Assembly: GCF_003334335.1 (NCBI RefSeq)
Contig: NZ_QOWQ01000017.1
Reading direction: 5' to 3' (one strand)
From: Escherichia coli
GTDB taxonomy: Bacteria > Pseudomonadota > Gammaproteobacteria > Enterobacterales > Enterobacteriaceae
Length of the DNA stretch: 64,000 nucleotides
The translations under genes were made by a program, and so were the position numbers. Of this stretch, positions 45,039 through 56,827 are shown in pieces. Within the stretch, counting starts at the first letter, position 1. Each line of letters starts with the position of its first letter. Under the pieces are notes generated by a model. That model saw nothing but the letters and a program-made list of their open reading frames with translations. It did not search any database and was not told the DNA's origin.

Positions 45039-46709
45039 ATGGATAATGCAGAACTCGCCATTGGTATCGATCTCGGTACTACCAATAGTTTAATTGCCGT
45101 CTGGAAAGACGGTGCCGCGCAATTAATTCCAAATAAGTTCGGTGAATATTTAACACCATCCATAATTAGCATGGATGAAAATAATCATATTTTAGTCGGA
45201 AAACCGGCTGTATCACGGCGTACTTCGCATCCGGATAAAACGGCAGCGTTATTTAAACGTGCAATGGGCAGTAATACCAACTGGCGGTTAGGCAGCGACA
45301 CATTTAACGCGCCAGAACTGTCCTCTTTGGTATTACGCTCATTAAAAGAAGATGCCGAAGAATTTCTGCAACGTCCGATTAAAGATGTGGTGATCTCCGT
45401 TCCGGCTTATTTCAGCGATGAACAACGCAAGCATACCCGTTTAGCAGCGGAGTTAGCCGGGTTAAATGCGGTACGCTTAATTAATGAACCCACAGCAGCT
45501 GCGATGGCGTATGGCCTGCATACCCAACAAAATACCCGTTCGCTGGTGTTTGATCTCGGTGGCGGCACGTTTGACGTTACGGTGCTTGAGTACGCCACGC
45601 CGGTGATTGAAGTTCACGCCTCCGCTGGCGACAACTTTCTTGGTGGCGAAGATTTTACCCATATGCTGGTCGATGAGGTTTTAAAACGCGCGGATGTCGC
45701 CAGGACCACGCTTAACGAGAGTGAACTGGCAGCCTTGTACGCCTGTGTGGAAGCGGCAAAATGTAGCAATCAATCGCCATTGCACATTCGCTGGCAGTAT
45801 CAGGAAGAAACGCGGGAATGCGAATTTTACGAGAACGAACTGGAAGATTTGTGGTTGCCGCTGCTCAATCGCTTGCGAGTGCCGATTGAACAGGCGTTGC
45901 GCGATGCGCGTCTGAAGCCGAGTCAAATCGACAGTCTGGTGCTGGTTGGCGGCGCGTCACAAATGCCGCTGGTGCAGCGAATCGCCGTGCGTCTGTTTGG
46001 CAAATTACCGTATCAAAGTTACGATCCGAGCACCATTGTCGCGCTGGGCGCAGCAATCCAGGCCGCCTGCCGCTTACGCAGTGAAGATATTGAAGAGGTA
46101 ATCCTCACTGATATTTGCCCTTACTCGTTGGGCGTTGAAGTTAACCGCCAGGGCGTTTCCGGCATTTTCTCGCCGATTATTGAACGAAACACCACTGTGC
46201 CCGTGTCGCGTGTAGAAACTTATTCAACCATGCACCCGGAACAGGATTCAATTACGGTTAACGTCTATCAGGGAGAAAACCACAAAGTTAAAAACAACAT
46301 TCTGGTGGAATCCTTCGATGTGCCGTTGAAGAAAACCGGGGCTTATCAGTCGATTGATATTCGCTTTAGTTATGATATCAACGGGTTGCTTGAAGTTGAC
46401 GTGCTTCTGGAAGACGGCAGCGTTAAGTCCAGAGTGATTAACCACAGCCCGGTAACATTGAGCGCGCAGCAGATTGAAGAGAGTCGGACGCGGTTATCCG
46501 CATTGAAAATTTATCCGCGCGATATGCTCATCAATCGCACCTTTAAAGCCAAACTGGAAGAGTTGTGGGCGCGGGCGCTGGGTGACGAGCGAGAAGAGAT
46601 CGGCCGGGTGATCACCGATTTTGATGCGGCGTTGCAGTCAAACGATATGGCCCGCGTGGATGAAGTTCGGCGGCGGGCGAGCGATTATTTAGCCATTGAG
46701 ATCCCATAA
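45039..46709 (+). CDS. hscC: Specialised Hsp70-family chaperone HscC
   Basis: 556 aa; Hsp70 signatures IGIDLGTTNS and DLGGGTFD. Confidence 0.95.
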   Translation: MDNAELAIGIDLGTTNSLIAVWKDGAAQLIPNKFGEYLTPSIISMDENNHILVGKPAVSRRTSHPDKTAALFKRAMGSNTNWRLGSDTFNAPELSSLVLRSLKEDAEEFLQRPIKDVVISVPAYFSDEQRKHTRLAAELAGLNAVRLINEPTAAAMAYGLHTQQNTRSLVFDLGGGTFDVTVLEYATPVIEVHASAGDNFLGGEDFTHMLVDEVLKRADVARTTLNESELAALYACVEAAKCSNQSPLHIRWQYQEETRECEFYENELEDLWLPLLNRLRVPIEQALRDARLKPSQIDSLVLVGGASQMPLVQRIAVRLFGKLPYQSYDPSTIVALGAAIQAACRLRSEDIEEVILTDICPYSLGVEVNRQGVSGIFSPIIERNTTVPVSRVETYSTMHPEQDSITVNVYQGENHKVKNNILVESFDVPLKKTGAYQSIDIRFSYDINGLLEVDVLLEDGSVKSRVINHSPVTLSAQQIEESRTRLSALKIYPRDMLINRTFKAKLEELWARALGDEREEIGRVITDFDAALQSNDMARVDEVRRRASDYLAIEIP

Positions 46710-46714
46710 ACACG

Positions 46715-46755
46715 GCTGCCGGATGCGGCGTAAACGCTGCATCCGGCATCGGCGC
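46715..46755. repeat. REP-like palindrome between convergent hscC and djlC
   Basis: gctgccggatgcggcgtaaacgctgcatccggcatcggc. Confidence 0.6.
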
Positions 46756-46768
46756 AAAAAACACATCG

Positions 46769-48220
46769 TCAGCTAAACAACATCGCGATTTTGCCGAGAG
46801 CATAACCTATCACCAGCACCGTTAAACTGATTTTGATAATGCTGGTAATGCTCTGTGGTTTTTCACCCTCATCATTTTTTTCTTCATGATTTTCAGGTGT
46901 TGGCTCATCGACATCTTCATCCTCCGGCTCGAGTTTCACTTTCGTCAAAAGCATCCGGGTGACAATGGCCTCTAATGGATGAGCATCTCCGCCTTCCAGC
47001 CTTGTATTAAGACGGGCCAGCATCTCTTGTTTCGGAAACGCTTCAAGTACTACCTGTTCCGCTACCCGATACAAATCCAGGAACGGTGAATCTTGCTCTG
47101 TCTCGCTACCGACTCTCGATTTCCACCACGCCCATGCTTTGCGCTTGAAGAATAACGACTCAATAAACGATTGACCTAACGGCGATAATTTTCCGCTATG
47201 TAAAATCTCCGCCCATAACAGCCGCGTCCGGGCGCTCTCACCAGGAACATATTTCAGCGGTTGACCTTGCGCATCTACCATGCTCCGCGCTTCGATAACC
47301 ATCACTAATAACGCGAAATAATCCGGGCAATGACGCTTGCTCCACTGCAACAACAAATTATCAGCTTGTATAGATGGGTAACTTTCCCAGTACGCGCAGA
47401 GATCGGCAAGCAGGCTTTCCCCCTCGCCGCAGTACAAACGTTGTGCACACAAGTAATACCGGGCATCTTCGCTTTCTGGTTCTTCCGTTTGCCACTGTTG
47501 AGCGACAGGAATGAGTTCCGCCATACCTGTTTGCACCGAGCTGTACCAGCGCAACAGTTTGCGATGTAACTTTGCATCATCAGGAATTAACCACGGACCT
47601 TCCATCGCCAAAAACGCAGTGACATAGTCAGGATGGTAACGGCAGCAACGTTCCAGCGCGAAGTAATACTCAACAGTCTGGTTCTGCAACGCAATGGGAT
47701 ATTCCAGAAGGCTAAGGAAATCGAAACAATCACCAGCCTGAATGGCCTCAAGAAAAGCCTCCCTTTCTTCCTCATCCATTCCTTCGCTGTCATTAAATGA
47801 ATGCCAGTTCAAACGCTCTGCCAGCAAAGAAGCACAATTTAATGAAAGATATCGCGCTTCTATGGCGATTGCACACAGCGGCCAGCGTAATTGATCGACA
47901 TCCTCCATGTTCCAGGTATTTAATTGCTGAATAAATTTCTGCCAGGCGGAAGGCTGAAAACGATCACTTTCTGAATCCAGTAATGTCCTGAATGCACGTA
48001 GTATTTCATGTTCAACGGCAGCATCTTTTTCTTCATCATCTGCTTCCTCGACAGGATTTACCGCCAGTCGCAGGGCCTCTTCATAGGCCTGGCGTAATGC
48101 TTTAAACCCTTGCGGATCGGTTTCGGGATGACACAACGGTAAGCGAGCAAGATAAGCCTGGCGGATAATGTCTATTTGCGTCGTGCTTTCAATTTCGAGG
48201 ATTTGCCAACATGTTTTCAT
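46769..48220 (-). CDS. djlC: J-domain co-chaperone DjlC with C-terminal hydrophobic tail
   Basis: 483 aa; N-terminal J-domain-like region with HPE at the HPD position; C-terminal [26 protein letters not shown]; 4-nt overlap with ybeU. Confidence 0.9.
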   Translation of the reverse strand: MKTCWQILEIESTTQIDIIRQAYLARLPLCHPETDPQGFKALRQAYEEALRLAVNPVEEADDEEKDAAVEHEILRAFRTLLDSESDRFQPSAWQKFIQQLNTWNMEDVDQLRWPLCAIAIEARYLSLNCASLLAERLNWHSFNDSEGMDEEEREAFLEAIQAGDCFDFLSLLEYPIALQNQTVEYYFALERCCRYHPDYVTAFLAMEGPWLIPDDAKLHRKLLRWYSSVQTGMAELIPVAQQWQTEEPESEDARYYLCAQRLYCGEGESLLADLCAYWESYPSIQADNLLLQWSKRHCPDYFALLVMVIEARSMVDAQGQPLKYVPGESARTRLLWAEILHSGKLSPLGQSFIESLFFKRKAWAWWKSRVGSETEQDSPFLDLYRVAEQVVLEAFPKQEMLARLNTRLEGGDAHPLEAIVTRMLLTKVKLEPEDEDVDEPTPENHEEKNDEGEKPQSITSIIKISLTVLVIGYALGKIAMLFS

Positions 48221-48924
48221 AGGTCGCTCACATCCTTAAGCGTTACCGGGCATTCAGACTGGACAGTTAATGGCTGCCAGGGAAGCGTGGCATAGAAACG
48301 ATCGCTTCCCGCTGCCAGCTCTTCGAACATACGACTCCCGGCGCTATCGTATTTGTACAGGGTTAGCGCCTCGCGTAGCGAAGTGTTGTCTTCGCACTGA
48401 GAAGATTGCCAGTAGAGACGTCCTAACGAATAGGCGGAAAAATAGTGCATCCAGCTGTGATAGTAATGGTGAGCTCGTACATAGACGCGCGATTGCAGCC
48501 ATAAACTCTCTTCTTCCGTCAGCCACTTGTTGAGCACACCGACCCGTGACAGAAACCCCATTCGAACATAATCCCAGGCTTTGATTCCCCCTTCCCCACA
48601 GCACATAGCGGTTTGGGCAACGAATTGGGTATAAATCAACCCTCTCTCCGAGCCACCAGCAATTAATGCTTTCCACTCTTCAGGGGAAGAGCGATGCCAT
48701 GTCAGATATAAGCCAGCTAAATCATTGGCATGACCATCATCAGTCATCTGATAAATAGTCTGAATTAAATCATCACGATTATTTATTCCCCAGGATGATG
48801 AGAGCTCGAATTCTTTTATCCCAGTATACATTTTTGGCGAGTCATGCGCGGGTTTGCAACCCTGATTAAGTATTTCCATGGGCGCAGAAAGCGCAAAAAG
48901 AAGATATTGTTCTTCCTTATTCAT
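48217..48924 (-). CDS. ybeU: DUF1266-family protein YbeU
   Basis: 235 aa; paralogue of ybeR in this window; translationally coupled to djlC. Confidence 0.85.
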
Positions 48925-49025
48925 TTGTTAATAATCCCTTAAGTGCATTAACTGACTACTTTTTTATTATTGATGAGTATAAACTTGACGCTTTCAAAAT
49001 AAAAAGAAAATCGAAGCATTCACAC

Positions 49026-49580
49026 ATGAATAAAAAATTAATGTATATATTCGCAATTTTTATAGTTGCAGCAATTACCTGTATTAGCCAACCCAAGAAA
49101 ACGACGTTGCGTGATAAAGCCATGGTGAATTATGCCTTTGATTATTTAAGCTCACCGGGCAGTCTTCCATTCACCACGGCAGCCACGGAGCTTTCCGCGA
49201 TTCATGGTCACTCAACGTCGCAATATCGCCTTGGAGAATTTTATCTTCATGGTAGCGACGGTAAACCACTGGATTATACACAGGCGAGATACTGGTATGA
49301 GCAATCAGCGGAACAGGAAAATCCACGCGCGCAAAGTAAACTGGGGTGGATCTACCTCAAAGGTCTGGGGGTCAAACCCGACACCCGTAAAGCAATTCTC
49401 TGGTATAAGGAAGCAGCTGAACAAGGGTATGCTCATGCTCAATATACTTTAGGTTTGATCTACAGAAATGGCTCAGGTATTAATGTTAACCATTATGAAT
49501 CTCAAAAATGGTTAAAACTGGCCGCCAAACAACATTACAAAAATGCGGAAAGATTACTTGCCGGGCTTCCCGCACATTAA
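49026..49580 (+). CDS. ybeT: Sel1-repeat protein YbeT with N-terminal hydrophobic segment
   Basis: 184 aa; repeats of the A-x-QG...AQ-x-x-LG-x-Y type; N-terminal [21 protein letters not shown]. Confidence 0.85.
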
Positions 49581-49589
49581 CGTCGACTG

Positions 49590-51017
49590 TCACCCGAACA
49601 GATGGAGTATTTTCCCTATCAAACCAGCAAAGATAAAAATATAGAAAATAATTTTAATGATGCCCAGACAGCCTGGCCCACCATCGTCAACGGGCATTGG
49701 CTGCGGTTGCGGCTCCGGTTCAACAGTTTGCTTCTCGGTAAAATTCGCCGCCTGAATTAATAATCGACGAATAATTAATGCTTCCAGTGGACAACGATTT
49801 TCTGCATCAAGGCGGCTCACAATCGGCATTAATGATTCTTCTGTAGGTTGGCAGGCCTGCACTAATTGTTTGGCAACTAGATATAATGGCCATAAGGTAT
49901 GTTCTGTATCACGCGTGAGTGAGATCCGCGGCTTACGTCCTTTGTGCAAAACCATCTCGACCAGTGAACGCCCCAGCGCAGAGAGTTTTTCATCGCTGAG
50001 TATTTCGTATAAATGAAAACGCGTACGGGCGCTGTCGCCGGGGACATAAAGTAGCGGTTTTCCCTGATCGTTAACCAGATCACGCGCTTCAATCATCATC
50101 ACCAGTAATGGGTAATAATCGACCCGATGCTGACGGCACCATTGCAACATTAAAGCATCCGCCTGGGTGGAGGGATACTCGCGCCAGTAGTCACAAAGTT
50201 CTGCCAACAGGCTTTCGCCTTCTCCACAATAGACGCGTTGCGCGTATTCATAATAAGGCGCATCTTCATTATCAGGTTCAGTTTCCCGCCATGACTGGGC
50301 GTAATCCAGAAGTTCGGGGATATCCAGGCGACCTGCGCTATACCAGCGGAGTAAATTTCTGTGCAGTTTTGCATCATCGGGGATAATCACTGCGCGATGT
50401 TGCGCTAAATACAATGTCAGCCATTGTGGATGCGATGACCAAATCCGAGCGAACATTTGGTAAAAATCGATGGTGTCATTTTGCACGGCAACGGGCAGAT
50501 GCAGAATGGTCTGGAAGTTAAAAACATTCCCCTTCGCAATGGCATATAAAAAGGATTCCAGTTCTTCTTCGTCTATTTCCCCGGTATTTTCCTCCTGTAA
50601 CCACCGCAATCTTTCTGCTAATAACACCACGCACTCGAAGGATAAATGGGCAGTGTTCATGGCGATTGTGCACAGCGACCAGCGTAATTCATCAATCTCC
50701 TCCATCGAGCAATAATTTAATTGCTGAATGAATCGCTGCCAGGCGGAGGGCAGAAAACGTTCACTATCAGAGGCAAGTAACGCACGAAAGGCGAGCAGAA
50801 TTTCATGTTCTGCTACCTCATATTCTTCTGGTTGCCAAACAGATTTAGCAGGCGACTGCGCAATCCGTAGCGCCTCCTCATACGCCTGACGAAGTTGTTT
50901 AAAACCCTGCGGATCGGTTTCTGGATGAAAGGACGGTAACAGCGCCAGATAAGCGCGGCGGATAATATCGACGTCAGTCGTTTCCTCTATATCGAGGATC
51001 TTCCAGCAATTTTTCAT
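49590..51017 (-). CDS. djlB: J-domain co-chaperone DjlB with C-terminal hydrophobic tail
   Basis: 475 aa; paralogue of djlC; HPE motif; C-terminal [26 protein letters not shown]; 4-nt overlap with ybeR. Confidence 0.9.
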
Positions 51018-51721
51018 AGGTCGCTCATATCCTTAAGCGTTTCCGGGCATGCAGAATAGTAAGCCAATGGTTGCCAGGACAAGGTAGGGTAATACGCATC
51101 ATCACTGGCAAATAATTGATAAAACATATCATTGCCGGAATCGTCGTATTCTTTACGCGCTAAGAATTCGCGTAATAAAGGCAGATGATCATCTTCGGGA
51201 GACTGCCAATATTGCCGACCAAAGGTATAACCGGCAAAGTATTGCCGCCAGTTACTATAATAACGTAGAGCCCGTAGATGAATGCGCGACTGGATCCATA
51301 GACTTTCTTCTTCGCTCAACCAGTTATTAAGTACGCCCATTCGGCTTAAAAAACCCATCCGGACATAATCCCAGGCTTTGATTCCCCCTTCGCCACAGCA
51401 TTCGGCGGTGCTGGCGACAAATTGCGCATAAGCCTGACCTTGCTCATTTAGTTCAGCAAGATAGTCACGCCATTCACATGGCGAATAACGAAACCAGCGG
51501 TGATAAAACCCTGCCAACCGAGCGGCATGACCGTTATCGATCATTCGGTGAATTGTGCGCAGCAGGTCATCACGGTCATCAATTCCCCATGAGGAAGAAA
51601 GGTCAAAAAAGCATGTACCTAAATACATTTTGGGTGATGAATGCGAAGGTAAACAGCATTCATTGCGTATTTCCATCGGAGTGGAAAGTGCAAACAATAT
51701 TTTTTGCGACTCCATGTCCAT
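51014..51721 (-). CDS. ybeR: DUF1266-family protein YbeR
   Basis: 235 aa; paralogue of ybeU (shared [20 protein letters not shown] block). Confidence 0.85.
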
Positions 51722-51878
51722 ATAATTTATCCTTAAATATTCATTAAATGAATATTAGCCGCATTGCGAGGCTCGTTTATTTATACTTTTCTGACGCGAC
51801 ATAATACGCATAAAATAAGGCTTACGCAAAAATGGAACACATAAAAATATAATATGTTTTATCTGCAACCATAAGGAA

Positions 51879-52862
51879 ATGATAATGATTTTCACGTCAA
51901 GTTGCTGCGATAATTTATCAATAGATGAGATTATCGAACGTGCTGAAAAAGGCGATTGCGAGGCTCAATATATTGTTGGGTTTTATTATAATCGCGATAG
52001 CGCAATTGATTCTCCGGACGACGAAAAAGCCTTTTACTGGCTGAAGCTGGCCGCTGAGCAAGGTCATTGTGAAGCACAGTATTCCTTAGGGCAAAAGTAT
52101 ACCGAGGATAAAAGCCGTCATAAAGATAATGAGCAAGCCATCTTCTGGCTGAAAAAAGCTGCCCTACAAGGCCATACTTTCGCTTCCAACGCCCTTGGCT
52201 GGACACTGGATCGTGGAGAAGCCCCCAATTATAAAGAAGCGGTTGTCTGGTATCAGATAGCCGCGGAGAGCGGAATGTCTTATGCGCAAAATAATCTTGG
52301 GTGGATGTACAGAAATGGCAACGGAGTCGCAAAAGACTATGCGCTGGCATTTTTCTGGTACAAACAAGCTGCATTACAAGGCCATAGTGACGCGCAAAAC
52401 AATCTGGCCGATCTTTATGAAGACGGAAAAGGCGTTGCTCAAAACAAGACACTCGCCGCATTCTGGTATTTGAAAAGCGCACAGCAGGGTAATCGGCACG
52501 CCCAGTTTCAAATTGCATGGGATTATAACGCTGGCGAAGGGGTGGACCAGGACTATAAGCAAGCGATGTACTGGTATCTGAAGGCTGCCGCTCAGGGGAG
52601 CGTCGGCGCTTACGTCAACATCGGTTATATGTATAAACACGGACAAGGCGTTGAGAAAGATTATCAGGCTGCCTTTGAATGGTTTACGAAAGCCGCTGAA
52701 TGCAATGACGCCACTGCCTGGTATAACCTGGCCATTATGTATCACTACGGAGAAGGAAGACCTGTCGATCTCCGACAGGCTCTCGACCTGTATCGTAAAG
52801 TTCAGTCATCCGGAACCAGAGATGTCAGTCAGGAAATTCGTGAGACTGAAGATTTACTGTAG
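51879..52862 (+). CDS. ybeQ: Sel1-repeat protein YbeQ
   Basis: 327 aa; about seven tandem Sel1-like repeats; no signal peptide. Confidence 0.85.
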   Translation: MIMIFTSSCCDNLSIDEIIERAEKGDCEAQYIVGFYYNRDSAIDSPDDEKAFYWLKLAAEQGHCEAQYSLGQKYTEDKSRHKDNEQAIFWLKKAALQGHTFASNALGWTLDRGEAPNYKEAVVWYQIAAESGMSYAQNNLGWMYRNGNGVAKDYALAFFWYKQAALQGHSDAQNNLADLYEDGKGVAQNKTLAAFWYLKSAQQGNRHAQFQIAWDYNAGEGVDQDYKQAMYWYLKAAAQGSVGAYVNIGYMYKHGQGVEKDYQAAFEWFTKAAECNDATAWYNLAIMYHYGEGRPVDLRQALDLYRKVQSSGTRDVSQEIRETEDLL

Positions 52863-52931
52863 AGATAAAAACAAGGGCCGGGGAATTTCATTCGGCCCAT
52901 ATTCTCTTTATTGCTGTGCGAAATCAGACTA

Positions 52932-53414
52932 TTACGGCTCAAACGGGCGTCTCTGGAACTGGTCATGACCACATTTCGGGCATAGCGTCAGCACTTCCGG
53001 TGTGTAGATCGGGAGATGGAAGTGACATTTCTCGCAGACCAGATTTCCCAGCCCGACCACTTCTCCGCTGTGATAAACCCCATGATGATTGAGGTCCTGG
53101 AAAACTTCGCGCCATTCAAGCTGCGTTTTATCGGTGATGTCTGCCAGCTCCTGCCACAAGCTTTCTTTAATCACCCGCATAAAGACGCTGTCAGATTCTT
53201 CTTTCAGGCTCTCTTCATAGCTCATGGCGAACTCTTCCAGGTCACGTCTGACAGCTCGCGTCAGCTCATCGACCTCGGTTCGCGTTAACTCCCCTGTTTT
53301 TATTACGCGCTCGCGCGCCTGTTCCACCAGTGCGTCGATATCACGTTCGCCATTGCGCAGGCGTTCGCTCAGTGACGCAACCAGTTCACGGTAATATTGA
53401 GCAACCTTGTTCAT
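52932..53414 (-). CDS. ybeL: DUF1451 protein YbeL with C-terminal zinc-ribbon
   Basis: 160 aa; C-terminal CEKC...CPKC motif. Confidence 0.85.
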   Translation of the reverse strand: MNKVAQYYRELVASLSERLRNGERDIDALVEQARERVIKTGELTRTEVDELTRAVRRDLEEFAMSYEESLKEESDSVFMRVIKESLWQELADITDKTQLEWREVFQDLNHHGVYHSGEVVGLGNLVCEKCHFHLPIYTPEVLTLCPKCGHDQFQRRPFEP

Positions 53415-53648
53415 CGTTTCATCTCCCGGGTCGTTAACTGACTATAATAATAGACGTTCTTTGTTCCTTGCTTTGCTAATACGCCCACAAACTCTGTAAA
53501 TTAATGTATGAATAATCCGGGCATCATTTCAACGTCGAGTGCGCGAAAGGCTGTTTTGACGCGGACGTTTGGGCTATGCTATGCGGATCTGAAAAACCAC
53601 CTCAACGCTACATTTGTAGCCGTATTGAAAACAGGACCACTGGCTGCC

Positions 53649-56231
53649 ATGCAAGAGCAATACCGCCCGGAAGAGATAGAATCCAAAGTACAGCTTCATT
53701 GGGATGAGAAGCGCACATTTGAAGTAACCGAAGACGAGAGCAAAGAGAAGTATTACTGCCTGTCTATGCTTCCCTATCCTTCTGGTCGACTACACATGGG
53801 CCACGTACGTAACTACACCATCGGTGACGTGATCGCCCGCTACCAGCGTATGCTGGGCAAAAACGTCCTGCAGCCGATCGGCTGGGACGCGTTTGGTCTG
53901 CCTGCGGAAGGCGCGGCGGTGAAAAACAACACCGCTCCGGCACCGTGGACGTACGACAACATCGCGTATATGAAAAACCAGCTCAAAATGCTGGGCTTTG
54001 GTTATGACTGGAGCCGCGAGCTGGCAACCTGTACGCCGGAATACTACCGTTGGGAACAGAAATTCTTCACCGAGCTGTATAAAAAAGGCCTGGTATATAA
54101 GAAGACTTCTGCGGTCAACTGGTGCCCGAACGACCAGACCGTACTGGCGAACGAACAAGTTATCGACGGCTGCTGCTGGCGCTGCGATACTAAAGTTGAA
54201 CGTAAAGAGATCCCGCAGTGGTTTATCAAAATCACTGCTTACGCTGACGAGCTGCTCAACGATCTGGATAAACTGGATCACTGGCCAGACACCGTTAAAA
54301 CCATGCAGCGTAACTGGATCGGTCGTTCCGAAGGCGTGGAGATCACCTTCAACGTTAACGACTATGACAACACGCTGACCGTTTACACTACCCGCCCGGA
54401 CACCTTTATGGGTTGTACCTACCTGGCGGTAGCTGCGGGTCATCCGCTGGCGCAGAAAGCGGCGGAAAATAATCCTGAACTGGCGGCCTTTATTGACGAA
54501 TGCCGTAACACCAAAGTTGCCGAAGCTGAAATGGCGACGATGGAGAAAAAAGGCGTCGATACTGGCTTTAAAGCGGTTCACCCATTAACGGGCGAAGAAA
54601 TTCCCGTTTGGGCAGCAAACTTCGTATTGATGGAGTACGGCACGGGCGCAGTTATGGCGGTACCGGGGCACGACCAGCGCGACTACGAGTTTGCCTCTAA
54701 ATACGGCCTGAACATCAAACCGGTTATCCTGGCAGCTGACGGCTCTGAGCCAGATCTTTCTCAGCAAGCCCTGACTGAAAAAGGCGTGCTGTTCAACTCT
54801 GGCGAGTTCAACGGTCTTGACCATGAAGCGGCCTTCAACGCCATCGCCGATAAACTGACTGCGATGGGCGTTGGCGAGCGTAAAGTGAACTACCGCCTGC
54901 GCGACTGGGGTGTTTCCCGTCAGCGTTACTGGGGCGCGCCGATTCCGATGGTGACGCTGGAAGACGGTACCGTAATGCCGACCCCGGACGACCAGCTGCC
55001 GGTGATCCTGCCGGAAGATGTGGTAATGGACGGCATTACCAGCCCGATTAAAGCAGATCCGGAGTGGGCGAAAACTACCGTTAACGGTATGCCAGCACTG
55101 CGTGAAACCGACACTTTCGACACCTTTATGGAGTCCTCCTGGTACTATGCGCGCTACACTTGCCCGCAGTACAAAGAAGGTATGCTGGATTCCGAAGCGG
55201 CTAACTACTGGCTGCCGGTGGATATCTACATTGGTGGTATTGAACACGCCATTATGCACCTGCTCTACTTCCGCTTCTTCCACAAACTGATGCGTGATGC
55301 AGGCATGGTGAACTCTGACGAACCAGCGAAACAGTTGCTGTGTCAGGGTATGGTGCTGGCAGATGCCTTCTACTATGTTGGCGAAAACGGCGAACGTAAC
55401 TGGGTTTCCCCGGTTGATGCTATCGTTGAACGTGACGAGAAAGGCCGTATCGTGAAAGCGAAAGATGCGGCAGGCCATGAACTGGTTTATACCGGCATGA
55501 GCAAAATGTCCAAGTCGAAGAACAACGGTATCGACCCGCAGGTGATGGTTGAACGTTACGGCGCGGACACCGTTCGTCTGTTTATGATGTTTGCTTCTCC
55601 GGCTGATATGACTCTCGAATGGCAGGAATCCGGTGTGGAAGGGGCTAACCGCTTCCTGAAACGTGTCTGGAAACTGGTTTACGAGCACACAGCAAAAGGT
55701 GATGTTGCGGCACTGAACGTTGATGCGCTGACTGAAAATCAGAAAGCGCTGCGTCGCGATGTGCATAAAACGATCGCTAAAGTGACCGATGATATCGGCC
55801 GTCGTCAGACCTTCAACACCGCAATTGCGGCGATTATGGAGCTGATGAACAAACTGGCGAAAGCACCAACCGATGGCGAGCAGGATCGCGCTCTGATGCA
55901 GGAAGCACTGCTGGCCGTTGTCCGTATGCTTAACCCGTTCACCCCGCACATCTGCTTCACGCTGTGGCAGGAACTGAAAGGCGAAGGCGATATCGACAAC
56001 GCGCCGTGGCCGGTTGCTGACGAAAAAGCGATGGTGGAAGACTCCACGCTGGTCGTGGTGCAGGTTAACGGTAAAGTCCGTGCCAAAATCACCGTTCCGG
56101 TGGACGCAACGGAAGAACAGGTTCGCGAACGTGCTGGCCAGGAACATCTGGTAGCAAAATATCTTGATGGCGTTACTGTACGTAAAGTGATTTACGTACC
56201 AGGTAAACTCCTCAATCTGGTCGTTGGCTAA
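53649..56231 (+). CDS. leuS: Leucyl-tRNA synthetase
   Basis: 860 aa from [21 protein letters not shown]...; HMGH and KMSKS motifs; the ORF track's upstream start was trimmed. Confidence 0.96.
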
Positions 56232-56245
56232 GCGCGGGAGGAAGC

Positions 56246-56827
56246 GTGCGATATCTGGCAACATTGTTGTTATCTCTGGCGGTGTTAATCACCGCCGGGT
56301 GTGGCTGGCATCTGCGTGATACCACGCAGGTTCCTTCCACTATGAAGGTCATGATCCTGGACTCAGGCGATCCGAACGGGCCATTAAGCCGTGCGGTGCG
56401 TAACCAGTTACGTCTGAATGGTGTCGAGTTGCTTGATAAAGAAACCACGCGTAAGGACGTTCCATCCTTGCGTTTGGGTAAAGTGAGCATCGCGAAAGAT
56501 ACCGCATCGGTATTCCGTAACGGTCAAACAGCAGAGTATCAGATGATCATGACGGTTAATGCGACCGTGTTGATCCCCGGCCGTGATATCTACCCGATTA
56601 GCGCCAAAGTCTTCCGTTCGTTCTTCGATAACCCGCAAATGGCGTTAGCGAAAGATAACGAACAAGACATGATCGTAAAAGAGATGTACGACCGTGCTGC
56701 CGAACAGCTGATTCGTAAGCTGCCAAGCATCCGTGCTGCGGATATTCGTTCCGACGAAGAACAGACGTCGACCACAACGGATACTCCGGCAACGCCTGCA
56801 CGCGTCTCCACCACGCTGGGTAACTGA
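56246..56827 (+). CDS. lptE: LPS assembly lipoprotein LptE
   Basis: 193 aa; GTG start; lipobox ITAGC. Confidence 0.93.

Noticed and set aside
53508-53648. 47-codon upstream extension of leuS
   Set aside because: The conserved LeuS N-terminus begins at [11 protein letters not shown] (ATG 53649); the extension has no RBS.
54585-56264. 559-aa minus-strand ORF
   Set aside because: Lies entirely antisense to leuS, whose translation is a clear leucyl-tRNA synthetase; no RBS and a low-complexity, Arg/His-rich translation. A shadow ORF of a GC-biased coding region.
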